A DNA stretch of 32,000 nucleotides from Deinococcus radiodurans R1 = ATCC 13939 = DSM 20539 (GTDB lineage Bacteria; Deinococcota; Deinococci; Deinococcales; Deinococcaceae): assembly GCF_000008565.1 (NCBI RefSeq), contig NC_001263.1:481213-513212 (forward strand), in the 5' to 3' direction. Numbering within the stretch: position 1 is the stretch's first letter; each line of letters begins with the position of its first letter. Under the pieces are notes generated by a model. That model worked only from the letters and a program-made list of their open reading frames with translations, was not told where the DNA came from and ran no database searches. This document shows, piece by piece, positions 9,724 to 19,116 of the stretch. Both the position numbers and the translations under genes were made by a program.

Positions 9724-9816
9724 GCGCAGCCGGGCGTCCGAGGGCGAGAAGCCGAAAAAGCCCCGACCCGCCGCCGTCATGCAGAGCGGCGCAGGCCAGG
9801 GCCAGTGGACTGAGGC

Positions 9817-10317
9817 TCAGCGCAGAGCGGTAATCCGCACCGTGCTGGTGCCGAAGCTGATGGCGTCGCGGTAGGTGGGCATCCAGATGTCCACCTGATT
9901 GGTCTTGCGGGGGTGCATGGTGTCTTCGACGATGAACACGCGTCCGGCGAAGTTGTAGCGGCCCGAGAGGTCCTGAATGGTCACGCGGGTGCCGTAGGGA
10001 AACACGCGCAGCAGGTCACGCGACAGCGCCACCACGCCGGGGCGGGTGCGGGTGCCGGTGGCGGTGATGTGGGGGGTGCCGTCGGTCTGGCTCGACAGGC
10101 TGTTGTACGCCGTTGCCTTAATGACCAGGCTGCGGCCCGCACCGCGCGAGGCGCCGAGCAGGTCACTGACGACCGGGGTCGCGGCGGGGATTTCGGCGGT
10201 CACAGCGGGCGTAAAGGTGCTTTGGCCTTCCGGCGTGGCGAACTGCGCGGTGGCGGTGGTCAGGGACAGCAGACTCAGGGCGGCAGCAGACAGCACAAAC
10301 TTCAGGGGGTTCGACAT
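9817..10317 (-). CDS. Secreted 3D-domain protein (MltA/RlpA-like double-psi beta-barrel; putative cell-wall lytic enzyme)
   Basis: 166 aa with a signal peptide (MSNPLKFVLSAAALSLLSLTTATAQ). 3D-domain signature ATAYNS...TDGTPHITATGT...VALSRD...IVEDTMHPR...VDIWM. AGGAG lies 6 nt upstream of the ATG. Confidence 0.8.
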   Translation of the reverse strand: MSNPLKFVLSAAALSLLSLTTATAQFATPEGQSTFTPAVTAEIPAATPVVSDLLGASRGAGRSLVIKATAYNSLSSQTDGTPHITATGTRTRPGVVALSRDLLRVFPYGTRVTIQDLSGRYNFAGRVFIVEDTMHPRKTNQVDIWMPTYRDAISFGTSTVRITALR

Positions 10318-10448
10318 CGGTTCTCCTCTGGGACCGGCCTCAGCACGGGGCCCCGGCCAAACGGCCTTGGTTCTCTTGATTCAAAGTTCCCGGCAGGCGC
10401 CGCGCTGTATTGCTCCGGCGGCGCTCTGACCGCTTTGCCCGGTTCGTG

Positions 10449-10476
10449 GGCCGGAAACGAAACTCCTTTTCCGGCC
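10449..10476 (-). other. 9-bp perfect hairpin in the long leader/intergenic region upstream of the 3D-domain gene
   Basis: GGCCGGAAA (10449-10457) / TTTCCGGCC (10468-10476), with a 10-nt loop. Confidence 0.6.
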
Positions 10477-10551
10477 TTCCCGCCATCACTACCTGCGGCC
10501 CTTCAGGCAAAGAACTGCACCAGATGAGGGTAAACAGTCCAAATAAGGGCT

Positions 10552-10614
10552 TTCTGAGAAAAGTTGCCTGCTGACTCACTTTTGCCAGGGTACCTTTGCC
10601 CCTTTTTCTCAGAA
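10552..10614. other. 11-bp inverted repeat enclosing three TTGCC motifs
   Basis: TTCTGAGAAAA (10552-10562) / TTTTCTCAGAA (10604-10614). The 41-nt interior carries TTGCC three times and a GGTACC palindrome. Confidence 0.6.
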
Positions 10615-10645
10615 TCGAGTGGAAAGTCCGTCTCCTGCTCACTCC

Positions 10646-10692
10646 CTGAGATGAGGAAGACGACAAGCCGGCAGCCCCTTTCCTCATCTGAG
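10646..10692. other. 10-bp perfect hairpin, 21-nt loop
   Basis: AGATGAGGAA (10649-10658) / TTCCTCATCT (10680-10689), extendable by 2 bp past one mismatch. Confidence 0.6.
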
Positions 10693-10851
10693 AGGAGGGG
10701 AACTTTCCGGAAATCAGGAGTCAATTGTGGGCAATGCTGGAATGCAAAAGTGACGTTGGTCGCAGGCTGGGCCGTTCTGAGCACTCGACTGACTGCCAGC
10801 TTGAGCTGGAGCAAAGGCGATCAGGGAGCCGTCAGCCCCGAATCTGGAAAA

Positions 10852-11508
10852 TCACATCTTTCCCATCTGGAGGACGCTGCTCTGAGCGGTTATTGCCTCC
10901 GCCGCCACCCGCACCGCCCGCGTGATTTCGCTTTGCGGCAGGTAGGGGAGAGGTGGCCGGTCCGCCGGCACCGCGAGGGCCACCGCCGCGTTCGCCGGGA
11001 CGTGCAAAAAGCCGCACGGCACCGCGCCGCGCCCGTGTTCACGCAGCCAGTGCAAGGCGTGGTAGAGCACGAAGTTGCAGACATACAGCCCCGCCGAGTT
11101 GGAAATGTCACCGGGAATCTCGGCCTCGCGCCACGCCGCCAGAATCGCCCGCAGCGGCAGCGTGGCGAGGTAGGCGGCGGGGGCGTCCGGCTCAATCGGC
11201 TGGTCCCGGTAGGTCTGCCCGGCGTTGTCGGGAATCTGGAAGTCCATGACCCCGACCCCCACCCGCTCGAGCGTCACCTGGGGCCGCCCCGCCGCGAGGC
11301 CGGTGAGCAGCACCGCGCCGGGGTCCTGTTCGCTCAGCAGCCGTGTCAGCGCCGCCCCCGCCGCGTGGGGTTCCACCGGCAGCAGCGCCGAGTGAACGCC
11401 CCAGCCGCCCGGCAGCTCCAGCCCGTGCAGCTCTTGCGCCGCCTGGGCGCTCGGGTTGTCGGGGTGGGTGTGAAACGGCTCGAATCCGGTCAGCAGCAGC
11501 GTGGGCAT
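10852..11508 (-). CDS. pcp: Pyroglutamyl-peptidase I (pyrrolidone-carboxylate peptidase, family C15)
   Basis: 218 aa. N-terminus LLLTGFEPF and the catalytic Cys context NSAGLYVCNFVLY are typical of Pcp. TATGCT lies 6 nt upstream of the ATG. Confidence 0.9.
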   Translation of the reverse strand: MPTLLLTGFEPFHTHPDNPSAQAAQELHGLELPGGWGVHSALLPVEPHAAGAALTRLLSEQDPGAVLLTGLAAGRPQVTLERVGVGVMDFQIPDNAGQTYRDQPIEPDAPAAYLATLPLRAILAAWREAEIPGDISNSAGLYVCNFVLYHALHWLREHGRGAVPCGFLHVPANAAVALAVPADRPPLPYLPQSEITRAVRVAAEAITAQSSVLQMGKM

Positions 11509-11514
11509 GGGCGC

Positions 11515-11520
11515 AGCATA
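11515..11520 (-). promoter_or_regulatory. -10 box TATGCT, 6 nt upstream of the pcp ATG
   Basis: Plus strand AGCATA. ATG at 11508. Confidence 0.45.
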
Positions 11521-11598
11521 CGAGACAGGTCGCCGAGCACGGGGTCACTTTAATTTTCACAGTGCTTTATTTTCATTCGGCGGGCAAGGGCTTCGCTC

Positions 11599-11604
11599 TA
11601 AGCT
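11599..11604 (+). promoter_or_regulatory. -10 box TAAGCT, 7 nt upstream of the DJ-1-family ATG
   Basis: ATG at 11612. Confidence 0.45.
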
Positions 11605-11611
11605 GTGACCC

Positions 11612-12397
11612 ATGACGACTTCTACGCCTTCCAACCGCATCCTCGTGGTGATGTCGAGCGCGGCGCAAATCCCGCTGCAAGACGGCAAGAACCACAACAC
11701 CGGCTACTTCCTCAACGAGTTCGGCGTGCCGGCCAAGCGTCTGACCGACGCTGGGTACGAACTCGTCATCGCCACGCCGCGCGGCAGTGTGCCCGGTATG
11801 GACCACAACAGCGACCACGATATGTTCTTCAAGAACAAGGAAGAACACAACGAAATCAAGGCCTTTGTGGGCGACGTGCTGAGCAACACGACCATTCAGA
11901 CCACCGAGGCCGTCGCCGCCGAGGGCACCCAGGCCTACGCCGCGCTCTTTTTGCCCGGCGGCCACGCCCCCATGGCCGACCTGATGGCCGACCCCGCGCT
12001 CGGTGAGATTCTGCGGCAGTTCCACGCCGCCGCCAAGCCCACCGCGCTGATTTGTCACGCGCCCACCGCGCTGCTCGCGGCGCAGGCCGACCCCGTCGCC
12101 TTCCAGAAGGGTATGGAAGCGGGCGAGCAGCCCAGCGCGCAGGACTTCACCTACCAGGGTTACCGCGTGACGGTGTTCGCCAACGACGAGGAGGAGGCCA
12201 CCGAAAAGACCTTCGAGGCCCCCATGCTGTACTACCCCGCCGACGCACTCACGCAGGGCGGCGCGCAGGTGGAAAACGGCGAGGCGATGAAGCCCAACGT
12301 GGTCCGCGACCGCGAGCTGCTCACCGGCCAGAACCCCTTCAGCGATGAGCCGTTCGTGGCGCAGCTCCTGGAGATGCTCGGCGGGGCGAAGGCGTGA
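11612..12397 (+). CDS. DJ-1/PfpI-superfamily (class I glutamine amidotransferase-like) protein
   Basis: 261 aa with LFLPGGHAP and the nucleophile-elbow Cys in ALICHAP. Confidence 0.85.
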   Translation: MTTSTPSNRILVVMSSAAQIPLQDGKNHNTGYFLNEFGVPAKRLTDAGYELVIATPRGSVPGMDHNSDHDMFFKNKEEHNEIKAFVGDVLSNTTIQTTEAVAAEGTQAYAALFLPGGHAPMADLMADPALGEILRQFHAAAKPTALICHAPTALLAAQADPVAFQKGMEAGEQPSAQDFTYQGYRVTVFANDEEEATEKTFEAPMLYYPADALTQGGAQVENGEAMKPNVVRDRELLTGQNPFSDEPFVAQLLEMLGGAKA

Positions 12398-12699
12398 GCC
12401 CGGTCAGCGTCCACGCGGTCCTGACCCCCAAACCCGAACACCTGACCGAAGTCGAGGCCGAACTGCGGACCATGGCCCGCGCCTCGCGCCAGGAAGAGGG
12501 CAACCTGCGCTACGACCTCGCCCGCGAGCGGACGGAGAGCGGCGTGCGGCTGCATATCAGCGAGCGCTACCGCGACGAGGCCGCCGTGCAGGCCCACCGC
12601 GACTCGGCGCACTACCAGGCCTACCGCGCCAAAGCCGGCGCGTGGCTGGCCGAGCCGCCGCAGGTCAGCGTGCTCGAAGAAGTAGACGTGGCGGGCTAA
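12394..12699 (+). CDS. ABM-domain protein (YgiN-like putative quinol monooxygenase)
   Basis: 101 aa with a ferredoxin-like ABM pattern (NLRYDL...HISERYRDEAAVQAHRDSAHY). Its GTG start overlaps the upstream stop (GTGA). Confidence 0.8.
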   Translation: MSPVSVHAVLTPKPEHLTEVEAELRTMARASRQEEGNLRYDLARERTESGVRLHISERYRDEAAVQAHRDSAHYQAYRAKAGAWLAEPPQVSVLEEVDVAG

Positions 12700-12720
12700 G
12701 TTTCTGCTGCCCCGGCAAGC

Positions 12721-12747
12721 CGCTCCCCGTGTGGGGGCGGTTTTTTC
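12721..12747 (+). terminator. Intrinsic terminator after the DJ-1/ABM gene pair
   Basis: CCGC(T)CCCC GTGT GGGGGCGG hairpin followed by TTTTTT (12742-12747). Confidence 0.75.
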
Positions 12748-12783
12748 ATGCCCTAGACTCCGGTGTTCGCCCCGGCTTTGGCC

Positions 12784-12789
12784 TATCCT
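12784..12789 (+). promoter_or_regulatory. -10 box TATCCT, 6 nt upstream of the mutM ATG
   Basis: ATG at 12796. Confidence 0.45.
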
Positions 12790-12795
12790 CGCCCC

Positions 12796-13638
12796 ATGCC
12801 CGAACTGCCGGAAGTCGAAACCACCCGCCGCAAAATCGAGCCGCTGCTGCGGGGCAAGACCATCGAGCGCATCGTCCACGACGCCCCGCACCGCTACCGC
12901 AACACCGAGCGGGCGCACGGGCGGCAGGTGCGCGGGCTGACGCGCCGGGGCAAATACCTGCTGCTGCACCTCGCGGCGGCGGACGCGGCAGAAGACGAGC
13001 CGCACGACCTCGAACTCATCGTGCACCTCGGCATGACCGGCGGCTTCCGGCTGGAAGAAGGGCCGCATACCCGCGTCACCTTCGAACTCGGCAGCGGCGA
13101 AAAACTGTACTTCAACGACCCCCGGCGTTTCGGTAAGGTGGTGGCGGTGGCGCCCGGCGACTACGCGTCCATGCCCACCCTCGCGGCGATGGGCCCGGAG
13201 CCGCTCTCTGACGACTTTACCGAGGCCGAATTCGTCGCGCTCGCCGCCCGCTGCGGCCCGGTCAAGCCCTGGCTGCTCTCGCAAAAGCCGGTGAGTGGCG
13301 TGGGCAACATCTACGCCGACGAGAGCCTGTGGCACGCCCGCCTTCACCCCGCGCAGACCCGATTGAACGCGGACGAAGCCGGGCGCCTGTACCGCGCCAT
13401 TCGTGAGGTGATGGCCGCCGCTGTAGACAAGGGCGGCAGCTCGCTCGGCAACGGTGTAGGCAACTACCGCCAGCACGACGGCGAGGGCGGCGGCTTTCAG
13501 CACTCGCACCATGTGTATGGGCGGGCCGGTCAGCCCTGCGACCGCTGCGGCACCCCAATTGAAAAAATCGTGCTGGGGCAACGGGGAACCCATTTTTGCC
13601 CGGTGTGTCAACCCCTCAGAACAGACCGGAGCGCATGA
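12796..13638 (+). CDS. mutM: Formamidopyrimidine-DNA glycosylase
   Basis: Canonical N-terminus [10 protein letters not shown]2TH region and C-terminal zinc finger [28 protein letters not shown] 12763.. trimmed to ATG 12796, with TATCCT 6 nt upstream. Confidence 0.93.
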
Positions 13639-14147
13639 AACGTGTCCTGATCGTCGGCAGTCCCGGCGCGGGCAAAAGCACCTTGGCCAAGACACTGGCG
13701 GCGCAAACGGGCCTGCCGCTCACCCATCTGGACGACCTCTCGTGGGAGCCGGGCTGGGTCCGGGTGGAGCAGACGGTGTGGCATGCGCGGCTGGGCCGGG
13801 CCATCGCTGCCGACGACTGGATTCTCGACGGCAACATCCTGACCACCTTGCTGCGGGTCGCCTACCGCGCCGACACCGTGGTTTATCTGTTGCCGCCGCG
13901 CTGGTTGTGTTTGTGGCGCATCTATCAGCGGGCCGCGATCGGGCAGTTTCCGCACGGCGAACGCTGGCAAGGCTGGCCCACCCGCGAACTGCTGCGCAGC
14001 TTGTGGCAGTTTCCCGCTCAGGCCGACTGGCAACTCGCCCAGCTCCGCACGGTGCCGGGCCTGCGGCTGGTCGTGCTCCGCAGCGACGCAGAAGCCCGTG
14101 CCTTTCTCGCCCGTCTGCCCGGAGGCTGGGCTACCCTCCACCCATGA
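13635..14147 (+). CDS. P-loop NTPase, adenylate-kinase-like (topology-modulation/FlaR-type family)
   Basis: [19 protein letters not shown] Walker A motif. Its ATG overlaps the mutM stop (ATGA), and its own stop overlaps the pdxH ATG (ATGA). Confidence 0.8.
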
Positions 14148-14788
14148 CCGACCTGACCTCCCTGCGCCTCTCCTACACCCGCGCCGAGCTGCGCCGCGAA
14201 GACCTGAACCCCGACCCGCTGCGGCAGTTTCAGGGCTGGTTCGAGGAAGCGCAACAAGCCGACCTCACCGAGCCCTACGCCCTGCAACTCGCCACAGCGG
14301 ACGCGCAGGGCCGCCCCAGTGTCCGTACCGTGCTGCTGCGCGGCGCCGACGAGCGCGGGCTGACTTTCTACACCAACTACGAGTCGCACAAGGGCCACGA
14401 CCTCGCCGCCAATCCGCAGGCCGAGGTGCTGTTTTACTGGGCCGAGCTGGAGCGGCAGGTGCGGGCGTTCGGCACGGTCAGCCGGGTGCCGGAGGCCGAG
14501 TCGAACGATTACTTCCACAAGCGCCCCCGCGAAAGCCAGCTCGCCGCCCACGCGAGTACGCCGCAAAGTGCGCCCGTCGAGAACCGCGCCGCCCTGGAAG
14601 CCAAGTTTGCCGCGCTGCACGAGCAGTTTCCCGAAGGGACGACTATTCCCCGTCCGGCCTTCTGGGGTGGCTACCGGGTGCAGGTGCAGGAGTGGGAGTT
14701 CTGGCAGGGCCGCCCCAACCGCATGCACGACCGCTTTCGCTACGCGCGTGACGGGGACGGCTGGCGGCTCGACCGGCTGATGCCCTGA
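14144..14788 (+). CDS. pdxH: Pyridoxamine 5'-phosphate oxidase
   Basis: Long ORF 13511..14788 trimmed to ATG 14144 ([11 protein letters not shown]...). PNPOx signatures [17 protein letters not shown] and WGGYRV...[13 protein letters not shown]. Confidence 0.92.
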
Positions 14789-14819
14789 GGGGACTGCAAG
14801 TGGCCCCAGGAAGACGATG

Positions 14820-14878
14820 TTTTTGTCTTGAGACCCTCTACCAAGGGGAGAGGGCCTTGCGCAGCAAGGGGTGAGGGG
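14820..14878 (-). repeat. SNR-like palindromic small noncoding repeat, copy B (inverted relative to A)
   Basis: The reverse complement reads CCCCTCACCCCTTGCTGCGCAAGGCCCTCTCCCCTTGGTAGAGGGTC. It lies between pdxH and the FprA-type gene. The same PHPLLRKALS peptide appears in two unrelated track ORFs (3259.. and 14838..) because of this repeat. Confidence 0.8.
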
Positions 14879-14939
14879 TCTTGCCATCACACCCCCTCGC
14901 TCCCTCTCCCAGTTCCGCGCCCCTTTTCTCGGCACCCAC

Positions 14940-14945
14940 TACACT
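14940..14945 (+). promoter_or_regulatory. -10 box TACACT, 6 nt upstream of the FprA-type gene ATG
   Basis: ATG at 14952. Confidence 0.45.
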
Positions 14946-14951
14946 TTTCCC

Positions 14952-16310
<1,359 letters not shown>

Positions 16311-16374
16311 AGCCGGAAAGACACAGGGTAGGGGGTTGGGGCGTCAGGCTCGCTTCCCCCTGCTTTTAACCGAC

Positions 16375-16380
16375 TACACT
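16375..16380 (+). promoter_or_regulatory. -10 box TACACT, 6 nt upstream of the sdaAB ATG
   Basis: ATG at 16387. Confidence 0.45.
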
Positions 16381-16386
16381 GCGCCC

Positions 16387-17052
16387 ATGTCCCTCCTCGA
16401 CATGATCGGTCCCGTCATGATCGGCCCGAGCAGCTCCCACACGGCGGGTGCTTGCCGCCTCGGGCTGGTGGCTCATCACTTGCTCGGCGAGGCTCCGAAA
16501 GACGCGAAAATCGGCCTGCACGCTTCCTTCGCCAAAACTGGACGCGGGCACGGCACGCACCTCGCGCTGGTTGCCGGGCTGCTCGGGTACTCGCCTGACG
16601 ACCCCCGGCTGCCGCAGGCGTTCGAGCAAGCGCAGGCGGCGGGGCTGCATTTCGAGTTCGCCGACGTGGACCTCGGCGACGTGCACCCGAACACCGCCCA
16701 CATCGTCCTGAAGGGCGAGACCCAGGAAGTCACCGTGCAGGGGAGCAGCACCGGCGGCGGCGTGATTCTGGTCACCCAGGTGCAGGGCCTCGGCGTGAAT
16801 TTCAGCGGCGCGAGTCCCACCCTGCTGCTGCGGTACACCGACGCGGTGGGCATGATCGCCCGCATCGCCAGCTCCATCGCCGCCGCCGGGGTCAACATCG
16901 CCGCGCTGACCTGCACCCGCGCGGCGCGGGGTGGACAGGCACTGCTTGCCATCGAACTCGACGCGCCGCCTTCGCCCGAGGCCCTCTCCTTTATCGCGAG
17001 TTGGCAGGACGTGAACTGGGTGCGGCTGCTGCCCAAGCTGATGGACGGCTAA
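16387..17052 (+). CDS. sdaAB: L-serine ammonia-lyase (Fe-S type), beta subunit
   Basis: Trimmed to ATG 16387. [22 protein letters not shown] signature plus a C-terminal ACT-like domain. No alpha-subunit gene follows. Confidence 0.88.
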   Translation: MSLLDMIGPVMIGPSSSHTAGACRLGLVAHHLLGEAPKDAKIGLHASFAKTGRGHGTHLALVAGLLGYSPDDPRLPQAFEQAQAAGLHFEFADVDLGDVHPNTAHIVLKGETQEVTVQGSSTGGGVILVTQVQGLGVNFSGASPTLLLRYTDAVGMIARIASSIAAAGVNIAALTCTRAARGGQALLAIELDAPPSPEALSFIASWQDVNWVRLLPKLMDG

Positions 17053-17059
17053 AAAGGAG

Positions 17060-17090
17060 CGGGGCCGCGAGATTCTTCCTCACGGCCCCG
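17060..17090 (+). terminator. Hairpin after sdaAB (no U-tract)
   Basis: 8-bp stem CGGGGCCG (17060-17067) / CGGCCCCG (17083-17090), 7 nt after the sdaAB stop. Confidence 0.4.
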
Positions 17091-17095
17091 ACAAC

Positions 17096-17117
17096 AAAAA
17101 ACCCCGCCGAGGCGGGG
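17096..17117 (-). terminator. Intrinsic terminator of the tRNA-Met/tRNA-Val transcript
   Basis: On the minus strand, a CCCCGC CTCG GCGGGG hairpin is followed by TTTTTT (plus-strand A-run 17096-17101). It lies 10 nt past the tRNA-Val 3' end. Confidence 0.75.
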
Positions 17118-17127
17118 AACTTTGATT

Positions 17128-17202
17128 TGGTGGGCGGTATAGGACTTGAACCTACGACCCTTCGCGTGTGAAGCGAATGCTCTACCACTGAGCTAACCGC
17201 CC
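17128..17202 (-). tRNA. tRNA-Val (anticodon CAC), CCA encoded
   Basis: Minus-strand GGGCGGTTAGCTCAGTGGTAGAGCATTCGCTTCACACGCGAAGGGTCGTAGGTTCAAGTCCTATACCGCCCACCA folds as a cloverleaf: 7-bp acceptor, GCTC/GAGC D stem, anticodon loop TTCACAC, TTCAAGT T-loop. Confidence 0.95.
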
Positions 17203-17219
17203 GTCTCTCACCAGAAGTG

Positions 17220-17296
<77 letters not shown>

Positions 17297-17333
17297 CTGT
17301 GCACGGTCTTTGCCCTTCGTCAAGGCGAGAGGA

Positions 17334-17362
17334 AGTGTAGCAGTGGCCTCCGGGGTTGTCAA
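17334..17362 (-). promoter_or_regulatory. Near-consensus sigma-70-type promoter for the tRNA-Met/tRNA-Val operon
   Basis: Minus strand reads TTGACA (17362-17357), a 17-nt spacer, then TACACT (17339-17334), about 40 nt upstream of tRNA-Met. It is the only promoter candidate in the window with a consensus -35. Confidence 0.7.
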
Positions 17363-17420
17363 ACGCGCCGCCGGGGCGTGCAAAGCCAGACTCAGGACGT
17401 TCGGGTCGGGGAGCGCGGGG

Positions 17421-17426
17421 TACAGT
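17421..17426 (+). promoter_or_regulatory. -10 box TACAGT, 7 nt upstream of the murJ GTG
   Basis: GTG at 17434. Confidence 0.4.
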
Positions 17427-17433
17427 AGGGCGC

Positions 17434-19023
17434 GTGACTGTGCCGCCCGCTGCCCCCGATCCCAATGCGCCGCCCCAGGGACCAGCTTCGCCCGCCCCCG
17501 CGCCCAGCCCGGTGCCCAAAAAGTCGCTCCAGGCCAATACCCTGATCGTGATGGCTGGGACGCTCGGCTCGCGGCTGTCGGGCATCGTGCGCCAGCAGGT
17601 CATCAACCTCTTCGACACCACGCTCACCGACGCCTTCAACGTGGCGATCAAGGTGCCCAACCTGATGCGCGAGCTGCTTGCCGAGGGCGCCCTCGTCAAC
17701 TCGTTCATTCCGGTCTACAAGACGCTGGACGCCGCCGAACGCCGCAAACTCGCCCAGAGCTTCAGCGGGTTTTTGATCGCCATCAACCTGCTGCTGATGG
17801 CGCTCGGCATCTTCGCCGCGCCGTGGGTGGTGGGGCTGCTGACTTCGACCCACGCCAACATTGACCGCGCCATAGCGATCTACATGACGCAGCTCGTCAT
17901 GCCTTTTCTCACGCTTATCAGTCTCTCGGCGGTGGCGATGGGGCTGCTCAACGCCGACGAGCACTTCCGCGAAAGCAGCTTCGCGCCCGTCGCCTTCAAC
18001 ATCGCCAGCATCATCGCGCTGTTGCTGCTGCCCAACAACGCGACCTGGCTCGCCTTCGGCTGGCTGATCGGCGGGGTGGCGCAACTGCTGGTGCAGCTCC
18101 CGGCGCTGCGGCGCTTTGGTCTGCTGCCTGAGCCGCGGCTGGGGGGTCACCCGGCGCTGGGGCGGGTGCTGAAGCAGATGGCGCCTTTTACCCTCACCGC
18201 CGGGGCGCGGCAATTTCTGAACCTATACGTGACGCGGCTGCTGACCGACGCCTCGCAGTTCAAGCCCGGCACCCAGACCGGCTACGCCAACGCCGAGGCG
18301 CTGTTTACGATGGCGAACGGCCTGTTCGTGGTGTCGCCCGCGCTCGCGGTGTTTCCGCGCTTTTCTCAGCACGCCGCCGAGGGCAACTGGAACGAGTTCC
18401 GCTCGCTGACCGCGCAGACCATTCGCACCAGCACCTTCCTCGCCGCGCCGGTGAGTGCGCTGCTGCTGGTGCTCGCGCCCTACGCGGTCAGCGTCTACAA
18501 CCTCAAGTCCGGCTTCGACCCCAACCGCTTCGAGGCCGGGTCGGGCATTCTCGCCGGGTGGGCGCTGGCGCTGATTCCCTGGGCGCTCGTGACCATCCTG
18601 CTGCGGACCTTCTATGCCCGCGAGCGCACCCGCGAGGCGGTCACCGTCAGCGCCATCGGCTTCGTGCTGGAAGTGGGGCTGTATCGGCTGCTGGTGCCAG
18701 CGTTCGGGCTGTTCGGCTTCGGCCTGAGCACCACCCTTAGCGGCATCCTGATGGCCTTCGCCCTGATGCTGATGTACCAACGCGCGCTGGGCTTTCCCTG
18801 GCAGGCGGTGGGCGACCACCTCGCGCGCGTGGTGCCGCTCGCCCTGCTGTCGGGCATCGTCGCCTGGCTGATTTCGCGGGTGATGCCGGCCCCCGGGTTC
18901 TTCTTGCCGGGCCTGTTTGGGCTCGCGGTGGCGGGTGGAGCGGGGCTGCTCGTCTACCTGCTCGGCGCCACGCTGCTGAAGATGCCGGAGATGGCGGGGC
19001 TGCTGCGGCGACTGAAACGCTGA
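17434..19023 (+). CDS. murJ: Lipid II flippase MurJ (MviN)
   Basis: Multi-TM protein with the MurJ N-terminal pattern SLQANTLIVMAGTLGSRLSGIVRQQVINLFD. The longest ORF starts at TTG 17356, inside the tRNA promoter. I prefer GTG 17434 (TACAGT 7 nt upstream); GTG 17440 is also possible. Confidence 0.85.
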   Translation: MTVPPAAPDPNAPPQGPASPAPAPSPVPKKSLQANTLIVMAGTLGSRLSGIVRQQVINLFDTTLTDAFNVAIKVPNLMRELLAEGALVNSFIPVYKTLDAAERRKLAQSFSGFLIAINLLLMALGIFAAPWVVGLLTSTHANIDRAIAIYMTQLVMPFLTLISLSAVAMGLLNADEHFRESSFAPVAFNIASIIALLLLPNNATWLAFGWLIGGVAQLLVQLPALRRFGLLPEPRLGGHPALGRVLKQMAPFTLTAGARQFLNLYVTRLLTDASQFKPGTQTGYANAEALFTMANGLFVVSPALAVFPRFSQHAAEGNWNEFRSLTAQTIRTSTFLAAPVSALLLVLAPYAVSVYNLKSGFDPNRFEAGSGILAGWALALIPWALVTILLRTFYARERTREAVTVSAIGFVLEVGLYRLLVPAFGLFGFGLSTTLSGILMAFALMLMYQRALGFPWQAVGDHLARVVPLALLSGIVAWLISRVMPAPGFFLPGLFGLAVAGGAGLLVYLLGATLLKMPEMAGLLRRLKR

Positions 19024-19053
19024 GCCCCGGCAAAACGCGGGCGGGGGAGAAGG

Positions 19054-19083
19054 GCTGAACTTTTGACCGGGTTCAGCTTTTTT
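19054..19083 (+). terminator. Intrinsic terminator after murJ
   Basis: GCTGAAC (19054-19060) / GTTCAGC (19071-19077) stem followed by TTTTTT (19078-19083). Confidence 0.8.
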
Positions 19084-19104
19084 CCCCTGCCCAGTTTCAG
19101 GCAC

Positions 19105-19110
19105 TAGCCT
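19105..19110 (+). promoter_or_regulatory. -10 box TAGCCT, 6 nt upstream of the beta-hydroxyacid dehydrogenase ATG
   Basis: ATG at 19117. Confidence 0.4.
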
Positions 19111-19116
19111 GGGAGC

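Noticed and set aside
10318-10500. c-di-AMP (ydaO-type) riboswitch upstream of the 3D-domain cell-wall gene
   Set aside because: The gene context is suggestive. By eye, however, I cannot find the conserved GGGGA-CCCA, GGGGTGAATC and CCCGAATCCG-CAGCTAACCTCG blocks in the right order. Only a weak GGGAACTTTGAATC resemblance exists. Not claimed; it needs an Infernal search.
10617-10675. RNase P RNA-like strings: GGAAAGTCCG (CR-I-like) followed by AGATGAGGAAGACGACAAGCCGGC (reminiscent of the CR-IV/V region)
   Set aside because: The two blocks are about 30 nt apart rather than about 270 nt. AAGTCCG and AAGCCGG have the same sense, so they cannot form the P4 helix. The specificity-domain consensus blocks are also missing. 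This is most likely a chance resemblance.
12232-13695. 487-aa minus-strand ORF. The same reasoning applies to 18223..19998 (-), 25761..27506 (-), 15321..16265 (-), 20034..21008 (-), 28144..29169 (+) and 22258..23079 (-).
   Set aside because: All lie antisense to genes with clear family signatures. They have an Arg/Gly/Ala/His-rich composition and no recognisable domains, so they are high-GC antisense artefacts.
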